Below are positions 58,109 through 64,000 of a DNA stretch of 64,000 nt, one piece after another. Origin of the DNA: Diplonema japonicum (Eukaryota; Protista; Euglenozoa: Diplonemea); assembly GCA_964019335.1 (NCBI GenBank), contig OZ025701.1, forward strand, positions 434,001 to 498,000, given 5' to 3'. Below the pieces are notes generated by a model. That model did no database searches. It was given only the letters and a program-made list of their open reading frames with translations, and was not told the DNA's origin. Position numbers and translations under genes: made by a program. Numbering within the stretch: position 1 is the first letter of the stretch; every line of letters begins with the position of its first letter.

Positions 58109-60380
58109 TTGCTGCTTCCCCAGGGGTTAAAAAAAAAAAAAAGAAAATTATTCCCAACATACGTCAGCGAAGCGATTGACCCGCCCGTCATGAGCTGCAG
58201 GAAGATCTCTACCTGTCCCTGCCCCTCGTCGTACAAGCACCCGTAGTACTTCACGATGTGCGGGTGCTCCAGCTGTTCGATGAACCGGATCTCGCGGATC
58301 AGCTGGTGCAGCTCGGCAGGTGCACCGCCTTTCCCGAGGTTTACAATTTTCACCTGTTGTGTTGCTGTGGTTGTTGTGATTGCCATACCGCAGTGTCCAT
58401 CCCATCAGTAAGAGTCCCCTTGTACACCATCCCGAAGCTGCCGCGACCAAGGAGCGCACCCTTTTTCCACCCCTTGAGCCGGTTCCTATGGGTGTTGATT
58501 GTGTTGTGCAAACACACCTGTTGGCAGACTCGAGGTCCTTGGGGCCCAAGGACTCGAGATCTTCTTGGCTATCGAAGTAGACGGGGTTGTCGTGGTCAGT
58601 GTTCGAAGAACTCTCGCCCTCTGGCCAGCTGTTGCTGCTCGATGTGGGCAAAGGGTCGGTGTTGGTGCGTGGCGGCGTGATAACAGGCCTGGGTGTTGTA
58701 GGTGTTGTTGTTGTTGCTGACTTGACGCTGTTCTGGCGGCCGTTGGAAGAGAAGGAGGGGAAGGAGCTTTTAGGGGGGTCGGTGTAGGGATGCTGCTTGG
58801 AGGTACTTTGCGTAGGTGTGGTGACAAGCGATGAGATGTCTTTCTTGGTGCTCGCTACCTGCTTCCTGACGTCCAGCATCCTCGCCTTGATGGGGCCCTT
58901 TGTGACCCTAATGCTGCCCCTCCCCGACCTCATTGTTGATGAGTGTTTATCCTTCTGTGTGCCTGTGAAGAATTCCGGACTCGACAGCCTGTCAGCCCAG
59001 GGGGTACCCTTTGTACCTTTCCCCACACTTTGCAGGATAACACCAGAAGGGCCTGACAAGACCGGTGTCTCGCCTGTGCTGTTCTGGAAGGTGCTGTTCG
59101 CGGTGCCTGCTATGATCCACATCTGGTCCATGAAGTCCTCTTGGCTTGTGATGGGTTTCCCGTTGAAGTGCCACAGCTTGCCCACCTCGCACCCGCCTGC
59201 TGCATCGTTGCCTTGCCGGTAAATGCTTGCCTTGTTGTTGTTCCACCCTAGCGCACGTGTGATCACGTTGTGCACAATCTGCATGTCTCGTATCTCCTTC
59301 GGCTTCAGGGCAATCACCTTGTACAGCAGGTGACCCCTCTCGTCCTTGATTCTACCGTTGTCAAATACTTTTACAAGTAGGCTCTTATCCGTGGCAGCAT
59401 CACTGCCCTGGTACCCTTTCCGTACGAAATCGTTCAGTTGGCTTGGCCGGCGTCCCGAGACTGTAGTGTTATTCGTGTGAACGTGAGCACCATACCTGCT
59501 GCTCGCTTGCTGTTGTCCGGCCTCTGGTCAGGCATGAAGAATGTCGACACCCTGGCAGGACTGCGTGTGCTGAAAGCTCTTGTGGTGGTCTGGCTCCTGT
59601 TGAGCCTCGTCGTGGCCATGCTGTCGCAGCTGCCGTCAAGGTTCTCAGAGCAGCTAGAGGGTGTGCCTAGGATCTTGGACGTGTCTGAGATCAACTGCAA
59701 GGAGCTGGTTCTCGAATGCCCCGCACGCGGGGACTTCCTTCCAGAAGGGACGTCCTCGATGGAAGACAGGCCCCAGCTGCGTGACAGCTTTGTCTCGCTC
59801 TTGCCCGGTTGCGGATCGTCCTCGGAGAGAGTTGACAGGTTAAGCCTGTGTGTGGAGGACTTAGGCCTGTTCGACATGGTGGGGCTTGCAACAGGTGATA
59901 CACCTGAGTAGTTGCTTTGGGGAGCTGTGGACGGAGGTGTGGTAGCTTGGGCTGTTTCCCTTTCTTTTAGTTTCAGCATTAGCTTTTTTCGGTGACCCGG
60001 TTTCATGTCCAGCTCGCTCTCCAGCTCAGGTTCTTGTATCATCCCCAGCAGGGAGAGGCTGTCGATGCCTGCGCAGGTCACCCGCTCGTAGTACTCGGAC
60101 AGGGCCTCCTCCTTGTCAAAGAAGCTCTTCAGGTCTTCCTTCGAGGGTAGGGGCACTGCACTGAGGCCTTTTTGCGCTGCTGTGAGCATCTTGACCCGTT
60201 CCCCGAGCACCTCAATACCCAAACCCTTGAGCTCATGTTGGGAGAATGCCCCCAGTGTGGGCGCATCATCCACTCCTTGTGCTGTAAGAATGCTTATTCG
60301 ATGCGAGAGGCCGATCCTGTGGCAGTGTGTGTGTGCGTGATGTGGTGGTCATACCGCCTCATAAGTGTTTCTAGAGACAT
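57457..60380 (-). CDS. STE11/MEKK-type MAP3K with two N-terminal SAM domains, ~869 aa, 7 introns (60317-60354, 59461-59495, 58486-58517, 58354-58388, 58074-58162, 57936-57969, 57529-57579)
   Basis: SAM-like ELKGLGIEVLGERVKML and LDMKPGHRKKLM. Spliced kinase motifs WKKGALLGRGSFG, AVK, HRDVKGAN, DFG, GTPYWMAPE. Confidence 0.9.
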
Positions 60381-62501
60381 TTCTCTCACAGACCCTTGCC
60401 TCCCACAGCGAAGGGCAAAGGGCAGGTGCACCAGCTGACAGCTACTTACGCTCCTAGTATATTTGCTCTTTCTTTTTATCCTTTGTACTTCAACCGATAT
60501 TTGTGTACTTCTTGAATCCTAACGCCAGTTAGTGACCATATATTGCACCCTCCCCACCACCTGTTTGTGTTGCTTGGTTTTCTTAATAATATTCGGAAGA
60601 CAATAACTCATATTATTATTCACCTAATTCGCAGCATGTTGCAAACTATTTTTGAAACCTTTTCTTTCTTTTTCTTCTTCTTCTTCTTCTTTTTTTTGTT
60701 CCTTCCATTTATTCCTGGTTTCTTTTTCTTCTTTTTTCTGCACGGAAGCCAGGGAAGAAGGGGTCAGTGGGGGGGTGTCGCTTATTTTTTTTCTCGCTTT
60801 TTTCTTTTTTTTTTTTTCTTTTTTTCCCGTTCAGGTTCTCGAGAATTGTTAAAATGCATCAATGCATGAATAGGTTTTCACAACATCATAAAGCGTGCCT
60901 CACCTGAAGGTGGCAAGGGTAGCGAAAGCAAAACGTAGCCGCGAGATGTACTTTCAATTGGTTTTATAGGGTATTTTTTTTTTTTTTTTTTTTATTTTTT
61001 TTTTTTAGCTTTTGGCACTTGTTCTTAGATGAGTACCGCCTCCCTCCCCAGGCATAGTGAATGCATATGCAGTTCCCTTAGATTTTGTGTTTAATTTTTT
61101 AGACCTGGCGCCATTGCGTACTCAGCGTGTACTGTGGAGGGGCGTAAATTATAGAGCTTTGCGCTCCAGTATTCCCTCGTGCAGTAAACTGTGACAGGTA
61201 TTCTTCAAAGATCAACCGAAAAATCGTACGCACTCTAGCCTAGGGGGTGAGAGATGCTACTCCCGAAACAACGCCGTGCCTTCAGTGAAATGAAGTGGTG
61301 CTGGGGGACATAGACCCAACAAAGAGGGGAAATAAAAGAAGGGAAAAGTGGTGAGTGAGTTGGGGAAGAAGGGGTGGCAGTTTCCATATTATTGATGGTG
61401 TTTTTTTTTTTTTTTTTTTTTCTTTTTTTTTTTCCCCTTGTTTTTTTTTTTTTTTTTTTTTTTTTTCTTTCGGAGGTTTTAAAATTTAAACTCTGTGAGT
61501 AGAATCAGTTTACGTTCCAGTGAAACCATTTTTTTTTTTTCCCATATTTTTTTTCCCCCTGCTCGAGAGAACAAGTGAATTTGTAAACCAGCTGGGAGCT
61601 TAAAGGCATTCCTATACCTTTATGTTGGGGAAAGCTTGCAGATGGCAGGTCTTAAAGAGAAGGTAACTAACGTGAAAGAGTCTCATTCAGGGGGGGAAAA
61701 AAAAGGAAGAAAAAAATCAGATAGTTAACCGAAGTGGTACTATGTAAAAAAAGGAGAAAGAAAGACCGCCCCTTTCCCCCTCCCATTTTATGGAGGGCAC
61801 AAGGCCGTGTTTTTATTTCTTCTTTTTTTCTTTCAAGACTACCCCCAATGAAGATACATGTGAAGCTCTCAGAAATAAGAGGGAGGTACCCACCACTCAG
61901 ACAAGCAAAGGCAGCACCTTCTTACTTGTTGTAGTGTCATTTTCTACATTTTCGTCTCTTTTATTTCTTCTTTTTTTTTCTCTTTTTTCGTCTGGCGTCT
62001 CCGTTCTTGTTTAATTTGTTTCTCATTTTTTTTTTTTTTTTGTTGAACAAATGCAAGAGGAAATACTGAATTTCTTCCAGAAGCTTTTTTTTTTTTTTTT
62101 TTTTTTTTTTTAGTCTTTGTTTTTATTACGCTCCTCTTGTCAAAGAACACAGTTCCCTAATTCAAACTGAGTAGGCCAGAACCCTATCTTGGCACGATCA
62201 AACCTGGGTCACAGGTAAGTACTGTTGCACTCCGCTGTGGGCACTTGATCAGAAGTCCGGTGCAAGAGGCACAAAAAAAAGCGCAATCTCATTCCCGAAC
62301 CCTTGAAGCCATGTACCGAACCTTATTCACAAGTGTAATCCGCTCTGTTGAAGAAGAAGAAGAATAAAAAAAAACACTTTTTTTCTCTTTTTTTTCACCC
62401 CCCCCCAGTGTGAAACAGCAGCTTTTCATTTCTCCTCCCTGTTTGGCAGCGCATGTTGAAACAAAAGGAGAGGAGCAAAGGGAGGGAAGTATGCAGTCGT
62501 G

Positions 62502-63977
62502 CTACGCGTCAGGGTGGTGCAGGATGTCAACCTCACCACCATCAGCCGTGCAGTAGCGCTCCATGATGCCGTGGACGTATGCTATGTTGTGTGTACGGGT
62601 GTAGATGGGTACAGGGCGGTCAAAATCTTGGTTGTCGAAGACAAGGCAGTTGTCTGTGATCTGCGCGTCCATGAGGTACTGGATGCTGTTCATAACGTTG
62701 GCCCACTTGGCGAAGGAAGGGTCATGCCACCTTCCGTTCTCGTGTGCCCTGTTCACTGCCCTGTGGCCCGCCTCCTTCATCCCCACGACCAGTCCTATCG
62801 CATCCACCACGTACCCCGTTTCTTGCATGCGTTGCACTTCTTGTTTGAACTTCGAACTGTCCTGCCCCGTCTTTGAGATCAGTATATTCCTCCTCTCTTT
62901 TATCGCCTTCTCCAGCATCGTCTGCTTGAATGCATCCACGTGCTTACTTACCACCTTCATAGAGTCTTTGTACCCTTCACCCGGTACTGTCTGCAGCAAA
63001 TCCGCCCACGCCTTGTGGTGTTTCCTCAGCGTGTCACCCTCTACCTCCACATAGTCATCTAGCTTGATGTTCAGCAGGTTCTCCGATTGTGTGCGGATGG
63101 TGGATTTCCCTGCCCCTGCAGGCCCCAGGATGTACAGCACTCTGGGGACTTTTCCGGGACCAGCGGAGGGTGCCGTGTGGCACTTGCACTCAAGTTCTAT
63201 ATTTTGTATCTCGGACGGTGAGAGGGGGCGATCGAGCCGTTCCCGCAGGTGTGTCGGTAGGTTAGGTTTCCACACCCTACCAGGCACACACCTGTTCAGG
63301 GTGTGGTCCCATCTGAGGTTAGATGAAAAGATTAGAGCATCGCGCATATTACTCACGTTACTCAAGAGAGAGAGCGTCCGGTGATAGTTTTGCACCTCGT
63401 CATCTGTGAGCACAGGAGCGACGACTGGCTGGTGGTCACGGAGATCCGCAAGGCTTAGCGTCACTTCTTTCGAAACATCTGAGAAAGAAAACATGGGATC
63501 GAGGTCGTGTTCCTGCGGGGTTGATATTGACTTCGAGAGCGAGCCGCCAAGGAAGAAGCTCTGTGACCTGCCGCTACCGGAGAACGGGGTGAAAGACTTC
63601 GGGCTCCTGACCATGCCGCCCAGGGGGCCGTTGCAGGGGTGACTGTTGATAATGTCGTCGAACTGCAAGGACCGCCTCATGGGTCCTACCTTCTTCGATG
63701 GCCGCATGGAGAGCAGCTTGTAGCACAACGCATACGCCTCTCGTCCCACCTTTGCCTGCTCTTCAATTGACTTCCGCCCACTAGTCTCAAGTGCTTCCAG
63801 TGCTTGCAGTCCCTTGTCCGGAGTAGCCAAAGTTGATGCGAAGTGCTCTGCAAGGAAGGCCCGTGGATTACTTGGCATAACCTTGCACAGCGCCGCCGTT
63901 GCGTGGTGCAGGAGGCCATGGATCTTTGCCTCATCGAAGTACACATCTAACACTTTAGCATCGATAGCTTTCCCCAT
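62502..63977 (-). CDS. RIIa/Dpy-30-like docking helix pair fused to a zeta-toxin-like P-loop kinase
   Basis: IHGLLHHATAALCKVMPSNPRAFLAEHF at the N-terminus. GPAGAGKST, EGDTLRKHH, AIKERRNILI and RAVNRAHENGR in the C-terminal half. Confidence 0.75.
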   Translation of the reverse strand: MGKAIDAKVLDVYFDEAKIHGLLHHATAALCKVMPSNPRAFLAEHFASTLATPDKGLQALEALETSGRKSIEEQAKVGREAYALCYKLLSMRPSKKVGPMRRSLQFDDIINSHPCNGPLGGMVRSPKSFTPFSGSGRSQSFFLGGSLSKSISTPQEHDLDPMFSFSDVSKEVTLSLADLRDHQPVVAPVLTDDEVQNYHRTLSLLSNVSNMRDALIFSSNLRWDHTLNRCVPGRVWKPNLPTHLRERLDRPLSPSEIQNIELECKCHTAPSAGPGKVPRVLYILGPAGAGKSTIRTQSENLLNIKLDDYVEVEGDTLRKHHKAWADLLQTVPGEGYKDSMKVVSKHVDAFKQTMLEKAIKERRNILISKTGQDSSKFKQEVQRMQETGYVVDAIGLVVGMKEAGHRAVNRAHENGRWHDPSFAKWANVMNSIQYLMDAQITDNCLVFDNQDFDRPVPIYTRTHNIAYVHGIMERYCTADGGEVDILHHPDA

Positions 63978-64000
63978 CCCCACCCACCCTTCCTAGTGTA

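Noticed and set aside
4837-60354. Non-canonical (euglenid/marine diplonemid-type) introns
   Set aside because: All 31 reconstructed introns are GT-AG and none required other boundaries.
60825-60895. Box C/D snoRNA candidate on the minus strand (ATGATGT...CTGA)
   Set aside because: Imperfect box C, no terminal stem and no recognisable rRNA guide.
1-64000. tRNA, rRNA, SL RNA or snRNA genes
   Set aside because: No convincing signature seen by eye. tRNAscan-SE and Infernal would be needed to exclude them.

Overview
Eukaryotic genomic DNA, most likely a euglenozoan and probably a diplonemid-type flagellate. This is inferred from 24 of 24 recognisable protein genes lying on the minus strand, gaps as short as 50 nt, a cruzipain-type C-terminal extension on the cathepsin, and many tiny GT-AG introns with GTATG donors. 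I reconstructed 31 introns (32-89 nt) by hand, and each spliced gene gives one continuous frame. This joins many fragments of the ORF track, and one gene running off the window start (1-1195) is missing from the track altogether. Recognisable genes: ALKBH6, a voltage-sensing phosphatase, a PP2A/PP4-type catalytic subunit, ADAT2, nucleoside hydrolase, a WD40 protein, an ALDH9/BetB-type dehydrogenase, LZTFL1, sigma-like GST, NAPRT, DNAAF6, Gemin6, a PHO80/U-type cyclin and a SAM-MAP3K. The most unusual content is a set of proteins apparently built from bacterial-type sensing parts: a periplasmic-binding-protein-fused pentameric channel candidate, an 8-TM protein of four TM-sensor-TM cassettes with Cache-like motifs, and a PAS-HATPase-REC-MAP3K hybrid. 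Also unusual are a Cys-to-Ser papain-family protein and an RIIa/Dpy-30 plus zeta-toxin-like kinase. Non-coding DNA is dominated by homopolymer runs and contains several non-autonomous DNA transposons. There is a 200-N assembly gap at 47277-47476. All family calls rest on motif recognition by eye; no database search was run.
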